Shown: positions 13,010 to 27,289 of the stretch, piece by piece | Numbering within the stretch: the stretch's first letter is position 1 | How the letters are laid out: the number at the start of each line of letters is the position of its first letter | The notes under the pieces: generated by a model | Seen by the model: only the letters and a program-made list of their open reading frames with translations | What the model was told of the DNA's origin: nothing | Databases searched by the model: none | NCBI RefSeq assembly: GCF_009914755.1 | Contig: NC_060925.1 | Length of the DNA: 64,000 nucleotides | Strand: one strand, 5' to 3' | DNA from: the human T2T-CHM13v2.0 reference genome, Homo sapiens | Program-made: the position numbers and the translations under genes

Positions 13010-16000
13010 GAATTCTCAGTAACTTCCTTGTGTTGTGTGTATTCATCTGACACAGTTGAACTTTCATTTAGAGAGAGCAGATTTGAAACACTATTTTTGT
13101 GGAATTTGCAAGTGGAGATTTCAAGCGCTTTGGGGCCAAAGGCAGAAAAGTAAATATCTTCGCATACAAACTAGACAGAATCATTCTCAGAAACTGCTGC
13201 GTGATGTGTGCGTTCAACTCTCAGAGTTTAACTTTTCTTTTCATTCAGCGGTTTGGAAACAGTCTGTTTGTAAAGTCTGCACGTGGATATTTTGACCACT
13301 TAGAGGCCTTCGTTGGAAACGGGTTTTTTGCATGAAAGGCTAGACAGAAGAATTCCCAGTAACTTCCTTGTGTTGTGTGCATTCAACTCACAGACTTGAA
13401 CGTTCCCTTAGACAGAGCAGATTTGAAACACTCTATTTGTGCAATTTGCAAGTGTAGATTTCAAGCGCTTTAAGGTCAATGGCAGAAAAGGAAATATCTT
13501 CGTTTCAAAACTAGACAGAATCATTCCCACAAGCTGCGTTGTGATGTGTTCGTTCAACTCACAGAGTTTAACCTTTCTGTTCATAGAGCAGTTAGGAAAC
13601 ACTCTGTTTGTAAAGTCTGTAAGTGGATATTCTGACATCTTGTGGCCTTCGTTGGAAACGGGATTTCTTCATATTCTGCAAGACAGAAGAATTCTCAGTA
13701 ACTTCCTTGTGTTGTGTGTATTCAACTCACAGAGTTGAACGATTCTTTACACAGAGCAGACCTGAAACACTCTTTTTGTGGAATTTGCAAGTGGAGATTT
13801 CAGCCGCTTTGAGGTCAATGGTAGAAAAGGAAATATCTTCGTATAAAGACTAGACAGAATGATTCTCAGAAACTCCTTTGTGATGTGTGCGTTCAACTCA
13901 CAGAGTTTAACCTTTCTTTTCATACAGCAGTTAGGAAACACTCTGTTTGTAAAGTCTGCAAGTGGATATTCAGACCTCCTTGAGGCCTTCGTTGGAAACG
14001 GGATTTCTTCATATTATGCTAGACAGAACAATTCTCAGTAACTTCCTTGTGTTGTGTGTATTCAGCTCACTGAGTTGAACGATCCTTTACACAGAGCAGA
14101 CTTGAAACACTCTTTTTGTGGAATTTGCAAGTGGAGATTTCAGCCGCTTTGAGGTCAATAGTTGAAAAGGAAATATCTTCGTAAAAAATTAGACAGAATG
14201 ATTCTCAGAAACTCCTTTGTGATGTGTGTGTTCAACTCTCAGAATTTAACCTTTCTTTTCATAGAGCAGTTAGTAAACACTCTGTTTATAAAGTCTGCAA
14301 GTGGATATTCAGATCCCTTTGTGGCCTTCTTTGGAAACGGGATTTCTTCATATTATGCTAGACAGAAGAATTCTCAGTAACTTCCTTGTGTTGTGTGTAT
14401 TCAACTGACAGAGTTGAACTTTCATTTAGAGAGAGCAGATTTGCAACACTGTTTTTGTGGAATTTGCAAGTGGAGATTTCAAGCGCTTTGGGGCCAAAGG
14501 CAGAAAAGGAAATATCTTCGGATAAAAACTAGACAGAATCATTCTCAGAAACTGCTGCGTGATGTGTGAGTTCAACTCTCAGAGTTTAACTTTTCTTTTC
14601 ATTCAGCGGTTTGGAAACAGTCTGTTTGTAAAGTCTGCACGTGGATATTTTGACCACTTAGAGGCCTTCGTTGGAAACGGGATTTTTTCATGTAAGGCTA
14701 GACAGAAGAATTCCCAGTAACTTCCTTGTGTTGTGTGCATTCAACTCACAGAGTTGAACGTTCCCTTAGACAGAGCAGATTTGAAACACTCTATTTGTGC
14801 AATTTGCAAGTGTAGATTTCAAGCGCTTTAAGGTGAATGGCAGAAAAGGAAATATCTTCGTTTCAAAACTAGACAGAATCATTCCCACAAACTGCGTTGT
14901 GATGTGTTCGTTCAACTCACAGAGTTTAACCTTTCTGTTCATAGAGCAGTTAGGAAACACTCTGTTTGTAAAGTCTGTAAGTGGATATTCTGACATCTTG
15001 TGGCCTTCGTTGGAAACGGGATTTCTTCATATTATGCTAGACAGAATAATTCTCAGTAACTTCCTTGTGTTGTGTGTATTCAACTCACAGAGTTGAACGA
15101 TCCTTTACACAGAGCAGACTTGAAACACTCTTTTTGTGGAATTTGCAAGTGGAGATTTCAGCCGCTTTGAGGTCAATGGTAGAATAGGAAATATCTTCCT
15201 ATAGAAACTAGACAGAATGATTCTCAGAAACTCCTTTGTGATGTGTGCGTTCAACTCACAGAGTTTAACTTTTCTTTTCATAGAGCAGTTAGGAAACACT
15301 CTGTTTGTAAAGTCTGCAAGTGGATATTCAGACCTCTTTGAGGCCTTCGTTGGAAACGGGATTTCTTCATATTATGCTAGACAGAATAATTCTCAGTAAC
15401 TTCCTTGTGTTGTGTGTATTCAACTCTCAGAGTTGAACGATCCTTTACAGAGAGCAGACTTGAAACACTCTTTTTGTGGAATTTGCAAGTGGAGATTTCA
15501 GCCGCTTTGAGGTCAATGGTAGAATAGGAAATATCTTCCTATAGAAACTAGACAGAATGATTCTCAGAAACTCCTTTGTGATGTGTGTGTTCAACTCACA
15601 GAGTTTAACCTTTCTTTTCATAGAGCAGTTAGTAAACACTCTGTTTATAAAGTCTGCAAGTGGATATTCAGACCCCTTTGAGGCCTTCGTTGGAAACGGG
15701 ATTTCTTCATATTATGCTAGACAGAAGAATTCTCAGTAACTTCCTTGTGTTGTGTGTATTCAACTGACAGAGTTGAACTTTCATTTAGAGAGAGCAGATT
15801 TGAAACACTGTTTTTGTGGAATTTGCAAGTGGAGATTTCAAGCGCTTTGGGGCCAAAGGCAGAAAAGGAAATATCTTCGTATAAAAACTAGACAGAATCA
15901 TTCTCAGAAACTGCTGCGTGATGTCTGCGTTCAACTCTCAGAGTTTAACTTTTCTTTTCATTCAGCGGTTTGGAAACCCTCTGTTTGTAAAGTCTCCACG

Positions 16001-17084
16001 TGGATATTTTGACCCCTTAAAGGCCTTCGTTGGAAACGGGTTTTTTTCATGTAAGGCTAGACAGAAGAATTCCCAGTAACTTCCTTGTGTTGTGTGCATT
16101 CAACTCACAGAGTTGAACGTTCCCTTAGACAGAGCAGATTTGAAACACTCTATTTGTGCAATTTGCAAGTGTAGATTTCAAGCGCTTTAAGGTCAATGGC
16201 AGAAAAGGAAATATCTTCGTTTCAAAACTAGACAGAGTCATTCCCACAAACTGCGTTGTGATGTGTTCGTTCAACTCACAGAGTTTAACCTTTCTGTTCA
16301 TAGAGCAGTTAGGAAACACTCTGTTTGTAAAGTCTGTAAGTGGATATTCTGACATCTTGTGGCCTTCGTTGGAAACGGGATTTCTTCATATTCTGCTAGA
16401 CAGAAGAATTTTCAGTAACTTCCTTGTGTTGTGTGTATTCAACTCACAGAGTTGAACTATCCTTTACAGAGAGCAGACTTCAAACACTCTTTTTGTGGAA
16501 TTTGCAATTGGATATTTCAGCCGCTTTGAGGTCAATGGTAGAAAAGGAAATATCTTCGTATAAAGACTAGACAGAATGATTCTCAGAAACTCCTTTGTGA
16601 TGTGTGCGTTCAACTCACAGAGTTTAACCTTTCTGTTCATAGAGCAGTTAGGAAACACTCTGTTTGTAAAGTCTGCAGGTGGATATTCAGACCTCCTTGA
16701 GGTCTTCGGTGGAAACGGGATTTCTTCATATTCTGCTAGACAGAAGAATTCTCAGTAACTTCCTTGTGTTGTGTGTATTCAACTCACAGAGTTGAAAGAT
16801 CCTTTACACAGAGCAGACTTGAAACACTCTTTTTGTGGAATTTGCAAGTGGAGATTTCAGCCGCTTTGAGGTCAATGGTAGAAAAGGAAATATCTTCGTA
16901 TAAAGACTAGACAGAATGATCTCAGAAACTCCTTTGTGATGTGTGCGTTCAACTCACAGAGTTTAACTTTTCTTTTCATAGAGCAGTTAGGAAACACTCT
17001 GTTTGTAAAGTCTGCAAGTGGATATTCAGACCTCTTTGAGGCATTCGTTGGAAACGGGATTTCTTCATATTATGCTAGACAGAA
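13010..17084 (+). repeat. Run of three 8-monomer units (1358-1359 bp)
   Basis: A-dimer starts at 13010, 14368, 15727 and 17085, each A-B plus two further dimers. Confidence 0.82.
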
Positions 17085-18784
17085 TAATTCTCAGTAACTT
17101 CCTTGTGTTGTGTGTATTCAACTGACAGAGTTGAAATTTCATTTAGAGAGAGCAGATTTGAAACACTGTTTTTGTGGAATTTGCAAGTGGAGATTTCAAG
17201 CGCTTTGGGGCCAAAGGCAGAAAAGGAAATATTTCGTATAAAAACTAGACAGAATCATTCTCAGAAACTGCTGCGTGATGCGTGCGTTCAACTCTCAGAG
17301 TTTAACTTTTCTTTTCATTCAGCGGTTTGGAAACACTCTGTTTGTAAAGTCTGCAAGTGGATATTCAGACCTCTTTGAGGCCTTCGTTGGAAACGGGATT
17401 TCTTCCTATTATGCTCAACAGAATAATTCTCAGTAACTTCCTTGTGTTGTGTGTATTCAACTCACAGAGCTGAACGATCCTTTACAGAGAGCAGACTTGA
17501 AACACTATTTTTGTGGAATTTGCAAGTGGAGATTTCAGCCGCTTTGAGGTCAATGGTAGAATAGGAAATATCTTCCTATAGAAACTAGACAGAATGATTC
17601 TCAGAAACTCCTTTGTGATGTGTGCGTTCAACTCACAGAGTTTAACTTTTCTTTTCATAGAGCAGTTAGGAAACACTCTGTTTGTAAAGTCTGCAAGTGG
17701 ATATTCAGACCTCTTTGAGGCTTTCGTTGGAAACGGGATTTCTTCATATTCAGCTAGACAGAAGAATTCTCAGTAACTTCCTTGTGTTGTGTGTATTCAA
17801 CTCACAGAGTTGAACGATCCTTTACACAGAGCAGACTTGAAACACTCTTTTTGTGGAATTTGCAAGTGGAGATTTCAGCCGCTTTGAGGTCAATGGTAGA
17901 AAAGGAAACTATCTTCGTATAAAGACTAGACAGAATGATTCTCAGAAAATCCTTTGTGATGTGTGTGTTCAACTCACAGAGTTTAACTTTTCTTTTCATA
18001 GAGCAGTTTGGAAACACTCTGTTTGTAAAGTCTGCAAGTGGATATTCAGACCTCTTTGAGGCATTCGTTGGAAACGGGATTTCTTCATATTATGCTAGAC
18101 AGGATAATTCTCAGTAACTTCCTTGTGTTGTGTGTATTCAACTCACAGAGCTGAACGATCCTTTACAGAGAGCAGACTTGAAACACTCTTTTTGTGGAAT
18201 TTGCAAGTGGAGATTTCAGCCGCTTTGAGGTCAATGTTAGTATAGGAAATATCTTCCTATAGAAACTAGACAGAATGATTCACAGAAACTCCTTTGTGAT
18301 GTGTGCGTTCAACTCACAGAGTTTAACCATTCTTTTCATAGAGCAGTTAGGAAACACTCTGTTTGTAAAGTCTGCAAGTGGATATTCAGACCTCTTTGAG
18401 GCCTTCGTTGGAAACGGGATTTCTTCATATTCTGCAAGACAGAAGAATTCTCAGTAACTTCCTTGTGTTGTGTGTATTCAACTCACAGAGTTGAACGATC
18501 CTTTACACAGAGCAGACTTGAAACACTCTTTTTGTGGAATTTGCAAGTGGAGATTTCAGCCGCTTTGGGGTCAATAGTAGAAAAGGAAATATCTTCGTAG
18601 AATAACTAGACAGAATGATTCTGAGAAACTCCTTTGTGATGTGTGTGTTCAACTCACAGAGTTTAACCTTTGCTTTCATAGAGCAGTTAGTAAACACTCT
18701 GTTTATAAAGTCTGCAAGTGAATATTCAGACCCCTTTGAGGCCTTCGTTGGAAACGGGATTTCTTCATATTATGCTGGACAGAA

Positions 18785-21700
18785 GAATTCTCAGTAACTT
18801 CCTTGTGTTGTGTGTATTCAACTGACAGAGTTGAACTTTCATTTAGAGAGAGCAGATTTGAAACACTGTTTTTGTGGAATTTGCAAGTGGAGATTTCAAG
18901 CGCTTTGGGGCCAAAGGCAGAAAGGGGAATATCTTCGTATAAAAACTAGACAGAATCATTCTCAGAAAGTGCTGCGTGATGTATGCGTTCAACTCTCAGA
19001 GTTTAACTTTTCTTTTCATTCAGCGGTTTGGAAACACTCTGTTTGTAAAGTCTGCACGTGGATATTTTGACCACTTAGAGGCCTTCGTTGGAAACGGGTT
19101 TTTTTCATGTAAGGCTAGACAGAAGAATTCCCAGTAACTTCCTTGTGTTGTGTGCATTCAACTCACAGACTTGAACGTTCCCTTAGACAGAGCAGATTTG
19201 AAACACTCTATTTGTGCAATTTGCAAGTGTAGATTTCAAGCGCTTTCAGGTCAATGGCAGAAAAGGAAATATCTTCGTTTCAAAACTAGACAGAATCATT
19301 CCCACAAACTGCGTTGTGATGTGTTCGTTCAACTCACAGAGTTTAACCTTTCTGTTCATAGAGCAGTTAGGAAACACTCTGTTTGTAAAGTCTGTAAGTG
19401 GATATTCTGACATCTTGTGGCCTTCGTTGGAAACGGGATTTCTTCATATTCTGCTAGACAGAAGAATTCTCAGTAACTTCCTTGTGTTGTGTGTATTCAA
19501 CTCACAGAGTTGAACGATCCTTTACACAGAGCAGACTTGAAACACACTTTTTGTGGAATTTGCAAGTGGAGATTTCAGCCGCTTTGAGGTCAATGGTAAA
19601 AAAGGAAATATCTTCCTATAAAGACTAGACAGAATGATTCTCAGAAACTCCTTTGTGATGTGTGCGTTCAACTCACAGAGTTTAACTTTTCTTTTCATAG
19701 AGCAGTTAGGAAACACTCTGTTTGTAAAGTCTGCAAGTGGATATTCAGACCTCTTTGAGGCCTTCGTTGGAAACGGGATTTCTTCATATTCTGCTAGACA
19801 GAAGAATTCTCAGTAACTTCCTCGTGTTGTGTGTATTCAACTCACAGAGTTGAACGATCCTTTACACAGAGCAGACTTGAAACACTCTTTCTGTGGAATT
19901 TGCAAGTGGAGATTTCAGCCGCTTTGAGGTCAATCGTAGAAAAGGAAATATCTTCGTATAAAGACTAGACAAAATGATTCTCAGAAACTCCTTTGTGATG
20001 TGTGCGTTCAAATCACAGAGTTTAACTTTTCTGTTCATAGAGCAGTTAGGAAACACTCTGTTTGTAAAGTCTGCCAGTGGATATTCAGACCTCCTTGATT
20101 CCTTCGTTGGAAAAGGGATTTCTTCAAATTCTCCTAGACAGAAGAATTCTCAGTAACTTCCTTGTGTTGTGTGTATTCAACTCACAGAGTTGAACGATCC
20201 TTTACAGAGAGCAGACTTGAAACACTCTTTTTGTGGAATTTGCAAGTGGAGATTTCAGCCGCTTTGAGGTCAACGGTAGAATAGGAAATATCTTCCTATA
20301 GAAACTAGACAGAATGATTCTCATAAACTCCTTTGTGATGTGTGCGTTCAACTCACAGAGTTTAACCTTTCTTTTCATAGAGCAGTTAGGAAACACTCTG
20401 TTTGTAAAGTCTGCAAGTGGATATTCAGACCTCCTTGAGGCCTTCTTTGGAAACGGGATTTCTTCATATTCTGATAGACAGTAGAATTCTCAGTAACTTC
20501 CTTGTGTTGTGTGTATTCCACTCACAGAGTTGAACGATCCTTTACACAGAGCAGACTTGAAACACTCTTTTTGTGGAATTTGCAAGTGGAGATTTCAGCC
20601 GCTTTGAGGTCAATGGTAGAAAAGGAAACTATCTTCGTATAAAGACTAGACAGAATGATTCTCAGAAAATCCTTTGTGATGTGTGCGTTCAACTCACAGA
20701 GTTTAACTTTTCTTTTCATAGAGCAGTTAGGAAACACTCTGTTTGTAAAGTCTGCAAGTGGATATTCAGACCTCTTTGAGGCCTTCGTTGGAAACGGGAT
20801 TTCTTCATATTATGCTAGACAGAATAATTCTCAGTAACTTCCTTGTGTTGTGTGTATTCAACTCACAGAGTTGAACGATCCTTTACAGAGAGCAGACTTG
20901 AAAAACTCTTTTTGTGGAATTTGCAAGTGGAGATTTCAGCCGCTTTGAGCACAATGGTAGAATAGGAAATATCTTCCTAAAGAAACTAGACAGAATGATT
21001 CTCATAAACTCCTTTGTGATGTGTGCGTTCAACTCACAAAGTTTAACCTTTCTTTTCATAGAGCAGTTAGGAAACACTCTGTTTGTAAAGTCTGCAAGTG
21101 GATATTCAGACCTGCTTGAGGCCTTCTTTGGAAACGGGATTTCTTCATATTATGCTAGACAGAATAATTCTCAGTAACTTCCCTGTGTTGTGTGTATTCA
21201 ACTCACAGAGTTGAACGACGCTTTACAGAGAGCAGACTTGAAACACTCTTTTTGTGGAATTTGCAAGTGGAGATTTCAGCCGCTTGAGGTCAATGGTAGA
21301 AAAGGAAACTATCTTCGTATAAAGACTAGACAGAATGATTCTCAGAAAATCCTTTGTGATGTGTGCGTTCAACTCACAGAGTTTAACTTTTCTTTTCATA
21401 GAGCAGTTAGGAAACACTCTGTTTGTAAAGTCTGCAAGTGGATATTCAGACCTCTTTGAGGCCTTCGTTGGAAACGGGATTTCTTCATATTCTGCTAGAC
21501 AGAAGAATTCTCAGAAACTTCCTTGTGTTGTGTGTATTCAACTCACAGAGTTGAACGATCCTTTACACAGAGCAGACTTGAAACACTCTTTTTGTGGAAT
21601 TTGCAAGTGGAGATTTCAGCCGCTTTGAGGTCAATGGTAGAAAAGGAAATATCTTCGTATAAAGAATAGACAGAATGATTCTCAGAAACTCCTTTGTGAT

Positions 21701-24700
21701 GTGTGCGTTCAACTCACAGAGTTTAACCTTTCTTTTCATAGAGCAGTTAGGAAACACTCTGTTTGTAAAGTCTGCAAGTGGATATTCAGACCTCCTTGAG
21801 GCCTTCATTGGAAACGGGATTTCTTCATATTCTGCTAGGCAGAAGAATTCTCAGTAACTTCTTTGTGTTGTGTGTATTCAACTCACAGAGTTGAACGATC
21901 CTTTACCCAGAGCAGACTTGAAACACTCTTTTTGTGGAATTTGCAAGTGGAGATTTCAGCCGCTTTGAGGTCAATGGTAGAAAAGGAAATATCTTCGTAT
22001 AAAGACTAGACAGAATGATTCTCAGAAACTCCTTTGTGATGTGTGTGTTCAACTCACAGAGTTTAACTTTCCTTTTCATAGAGCAGTTAGGAAACACTCT
22101 GTTTGTAAAGTCTGCAAGTGGATATTCAGACCTCTTTGAGGCCTTCGTTGGAAACGGGATTTCTTCATATTATGCTAGACAGAATAATTCTCAGTAACTT
22201 CCTTGTGTTGTGTGTATTCAACTCACAGAGTTGAACGATCCTTTACAGAGAGCAGACTTGAAACACTCTTTTTGTGGAATTTGCAAGTGGAGATTTCAGC
22301 CGCTTTGAGGTCAAAGGTAGAATAGGAAATATCTTCCTACAGAAACTAGACAGAATGATTCTCAGAAACTCCTTTGTGATGTGTGCGTTCAACTCACAGA
22401 GTTTAACCTTTCTTTTCATAGAGCAGTTAGGAAACACTCTGTTTGTAAAGTCAGCAAGTGGATATTCAGACCTCTTTGAGGCCTTCGTTGGAAACGGGAT
22501 TTCTTTATATTCTGCTAGACAGAAGAATTCTCAGTAACTTCCTTGTGTTGTGTGTATTCAACTGACAGAGTTGAACTTTCATTTAGAGAGAGCAGATTTG
22601 AAACACTGTTTTTGTGGAATTTGCAAGTGGAGATTTCAAGCGCTTTGGGGCCAAAGGCAGAAAAGGAAATATCTTCGTATAAAAACTAGACAGAATCATT
22701 CTCAGAAACTGCTGCGTGATGTGTGCGTTCAACTCTCAGAGTTTAACTTTTCTTTTCATTCAGCGGTTTGGAAACACTCTGTTTGTAAAGTCTGCACGTG
22801 GATATTTTGACCACTTAGAGGCCTTCGTTGGAAACGGGTTTTTTGCATGTAAGGCTAGACAGAAGAATTCCCAGTAACTTCCTTGTGTTGTGTGCATTCA
22901 ACTCACAGAGTTGAACGTTCCCTTAGACAGAGCAGATTTGAAACACTCTATTTGTGCAATTTGCAAGTGTAGATTTCAAGCGCTTTAAGGTCAATGGCAG
23001 AAAAGGAAATATCTTCGTTTCAAAACTAGACAGAATCATTCCCACAAACTGCGTTGTGATGTGTTCGTTCAACTCACAGAGTTTAACCTTTCTGTTCATA
23101 GAGCAGTTAGGAAACACTCTGTTTGTAAAGTCTGTAAGTGGATATTCTGACATCTTGTGGCCTTCGTTGGAAACGGGATTTCTTCATATTCTGCTAGACA
23201 GAAGAATTCTCAGTAACTTCCTCGTGTTGTGTGTATTCAACTCACAGAGTTGAACGATCCTTTACACAGAGCAGACTTGAAACACTCTTTTTGTGGAATT
23301 TGCAAGTGGAGATTTCAGCCGCTTTGAGGTCAATCGTAGAAAAGGAAATATCTTCGTATAAAGACTAGACAGAATGATTCTCAGAAACTCCTTTGTGATG
23401 TGTGCGTTCAAATCACAGAGTTTAACTTTTCTGTTCATAGAGCAGTTAGGAAACACTCTGTTTGTAAAGTCTACCAGTGGATATTCAGACCTCCTTGATT
23501 CCTTCGTTGGAAAAGGGATTTCTTCATATTCTGCTAGACAGAAGAATTCTCAGTAACTTCCTTGTGTTGTGTGTATTCAACTCACAGAGTTGAACGATCC
23601 TTTACAGAGAGCAGACTTGAAACACTCTTTTTGTGGAATTTGCAAGTGGAGATTTCAGCCGCTTTGAGGTCAACGGTAGAATAGGAAATATTTTCCTATA
23701 GAAACTAGACAGAATGATTCTCATAAACTACTTTGTGATGTGTGCGTTCAACTCACAGAGTTTAACCTTTCTTTTCATAGAGCAGTTAGGAAACACTCTG
23801 TTTGTAAAGTCTGCAAGTGGATATTCAGACCTCCTTGAGACCTTCTTTGCAAACGGGATTTCTTCATATTCTGATAGACAGAAGAATTCTCAGTAACTTC
23901 CTTGTGTTGTGTGTATTCAACTCACAGAGTTGAACGATCCTTTACACAGAGCAGACTTGAAACACTCTTTTTGTGAAATTTGCAAGTGGAGATTTCAGCC
24001 GCTTTGAGGTCAATGGTAGAAAAGGAAACTATCTTCGTATAAAGACTAGACAGAATGATTCTCAGAAAATCCTTTGTGATGTGTGCGTTCAACTCACAGA
24101 GTTTAACTTTTCTTTTCATAGAGCAGTTAGGAAACACTCTGTTTGTAAAGTCTGCAAGTGGATATTCAGACCTCTTTGAGGCCTTCGTTGGAAACGGGAT
24201 TTCTTCATATTATGCTAGACAGAATAATTCTCAGTAACTTCCTTGTGTTGTGTGTATTCAACTCACAGAGTTGAACGATCCTTTACAGAGAGCAGACTTG
24301 AAAAACTCTTTTTGTGGAATTGGCAAGTGGAGATTTCAGCCGCTTTGAGCTCAATGGTAGAATAGGAAATATCTTCCTAAAGAAACTAGACAGAATGATT
24401 CTCATAAACTCCTTTGTGATGTGTGCGTTCAACTCACAAAGTTTAACCTTTCTTTTCATAGAGCAGTTAGGAAACACTCTGTTTGTAAAGTCTGCAAGTG
24501 GATATTCAGACCTGCTTGAGGCCTTCTTTGGAAACGGGATTTCTTCATATTATGCTAGACAGAATAATTCTCAGTAACTTCCCTGTGTTGTGTGTATTCA
24601 ACTCACAGAGTTGAACGACGCTTTACAGAGAGCAGACTTGAAACACTCTTTTTGTGGAATTTGCAAGTGGAGATTTCAGCCGCTTGAGGTCAATGGTAGA

Positions 24701-26264
24701 AAAGGAAACTATCTTCGTATAAAGACTAGACAGAATGATTCTCAGAAAATCCTTTGTGATGTGTGCGTTCAACTCACAGAGTTTAACTTTTCTTTTCATA
24801 GAGCAGTTAGGAAACACTCTGTTTGTAAAGTCTGCAAGTGGATATTCAGACCTCTTTGAGGCCTTCGTTGGAAACGGGATTTCTTCATATTCTGCTAGAC
24901 AGAAGAATTCTCAGTAACTTCCTTGTGTTGTGTGTATTCAACTCACAGAGTTGAACGATCCTTTACACAGAGCAGACTTGAAACAGTCTTTTTGTGGAAT
25001 TTGCAAGTGGAGATTTCAGCCGCTTTGAGGTCAATGGTAGAAAAGGAAATCTCTTCGTATAAAGACTAGACAGAATGATTCTCAGAAACTCCTTTGTGAT
25101 GTGTGCGTTCAACTCACAGAGTTTAACCTTTCTTTTCATAGAGCAGTTAGGAAACACTCTGTTTGTAAAGTCTGCAAGTGGATATTCAGACCTCCTTGAG
25201 GCCTTCTTTGGAAACGGGATTTCTTCATATTCTGCTAGGCAGAATAATTCTCAGTAACTTCCTTGTGTTGTGTGTATTCAACTCACAGAGTTGAACGATC
25301 CTTTACAGAGAGCAGACTTGAAACACTCTTTTTGTGGAATTTGCAAGTGGAGATTTCAGCCGCTTTGAGGTCAAAGGTAGAATAGGAAATATCTTCCTAC
25401 AGAAACTAGACAGAATGATTCTCAGAAACTCCTTTGTGATGTGTGCGTTCAACTCACAGAGTTTAACCTTTCTTTTCATAGAGCAGTTAGGAAACACTCT
25501 GTTTGTAAAGTCTGCAAGTGGATATTCAGATCTCTTTGAGGCCTTCGTTGGAAACGGGATTTCTTCATATTCTGCTAGACAGAAGAATTCTCAGTAACTT
25601 CCTTGTGTTGTGTGTATTCAACTCACAGAGTTGAACGATCCTTTACACAGAGCAGTCTTGAAACACTCTTTTTGTGGAATTTGCAAGTGGAGATTTCAGC
25701 CGTTTTGAGGTCAATGGTAGAAAAGGAAATATCTTCGTATAAAGACTAGACAGAATGATTCTCAGAAACTCCTTTCTGATGTGTGCGTTCAACTCGCAGA
25801 GTTTAACTTTTCTTTTCATAGAGCAGTTAGGAAACACTCTGTTTGTAAAGTCTGCAAGTGGATATTCAGACCTCTTTGAGGCCTTCGTTGGAAACGGGAT
25901 TTCTTCATATTCTGCTAGACAGAAGAATTCTCAGTAACTTCCTTTTGTTGTGTGTATTCAACTCACAGAGTTGAACGATCCTTTACACAGAGCAGACTTG
26001 AAACACTCTTTTTGTGGAATTTGCAAGTGGAGATTTCAGCCGCTTTGAGGTCAATCGTAGAAAAGGAAATATCTTCGTAGAAAAACTAGACAGAATGATT
26101 CTCAGAAACTCCTTTGTGATGTGTGTGTTCAACTCACAGAGTTTAACCTTTCTTTTCATAGAGCAGTTAGTAAACACTCTGTTTATAAAGTCTGCAAGTG
26201 GATATTCAGACCCCTTTGAGGCCTTCGTTGGAAACGGGATTTCTTCATATTATGCTGGACAGAA
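18785..26264 (+). repeat. Two consecutive 22-monomer units (3740 bp each), C-dimer expanded
   Basis: A-dimer starts at 18785, 22525 and 26265. An internal five-dimer block (about 19800-21500) is repeated at offset 3400 (about 23200-24900). Confidence 0.82.
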
Positions 26265-27289
26265 GAATTCTCAGTAACTTCCTTGTGTTGTGTGTATTCA
26301 ACTGACAGAGTTGAACTTTCATTTAGAGAGAGCAGATTTGAAACACTGTTTTTGTGGAATTTGCAAGTGGAGATTTCAAGCGCTTTGGGGCCAAAGGCAG
26401 AAAAGGGAATATCTTCGTATAAAAACTAGACAGAATCATTCTCAGAAACTGCTGCGTGATGTATGCGTTCAACTCTCAGAGTTTAACTTTTCTTTTCATT
26501 CAGCGGTTTGGAAACACTCTGTTTGTAAAGTCTGCACGTGGATATTTTGACCACTTAGAGGCCTTCGTTGGAAACGGGTTTTTTTCATGTAAGGCTAGAC
26601 AGAAGAATTCCCAGTAACTTCCTTGTGTTGTGTGCATTCAACTCACAGACTTGAACGTTCCCTTAGACAGAGCAGATTTGAAACACTCTATTTGTGCAAT
26701 TTGCAAGTGTAGATTTCAAGCGCTTTCAGGTCAATGGCAGAAAAGGAAATATCTTCGTTTCAAAACTAGACAGAATCATTCCCACAAACTGCGTTGTGAT
26801 GTGTTCGTTCAACTCACAGAGTTTAACCTTTCTGTTCATAGAGCAGTTAGGAAACACTCTGTTTGTAAAGTCTGTAAGTGGATATTCTGACATCTTGTGG
26901 CCTTCGTTGGAAACGGGATTTCTTCATATTCTGCTAGACAGAAGAATTCTCAGTAACTTCCTTGTGTTGTGTGTATTCAACTCACAGAGTTGAACGATCC
27001 TTTACACAGAGCAGACTTGAAACACACTTTTTGTGGAATTTGCAAGTGGAGATTTCAGCCGCTTTGAGGTCAATGGTAAAAAAGGAAATATCTTCCTATA
27101 AAGACTAGACAGAATGATTCTCAGAAACTCCTTTGTGATGTGTGCGTTCAACTCACAGAGTTTAACTTTTCTTTTCATAGAGCAGTTAGGAAACACTCTG
27201 TTTGTAAAGTCTGCAAGTGGATATTCAGACCTCTTTGAGGCCTTCGTTGGAAACGGGATTTCTTCATATTCTGCTAGACAGAAGAATTC

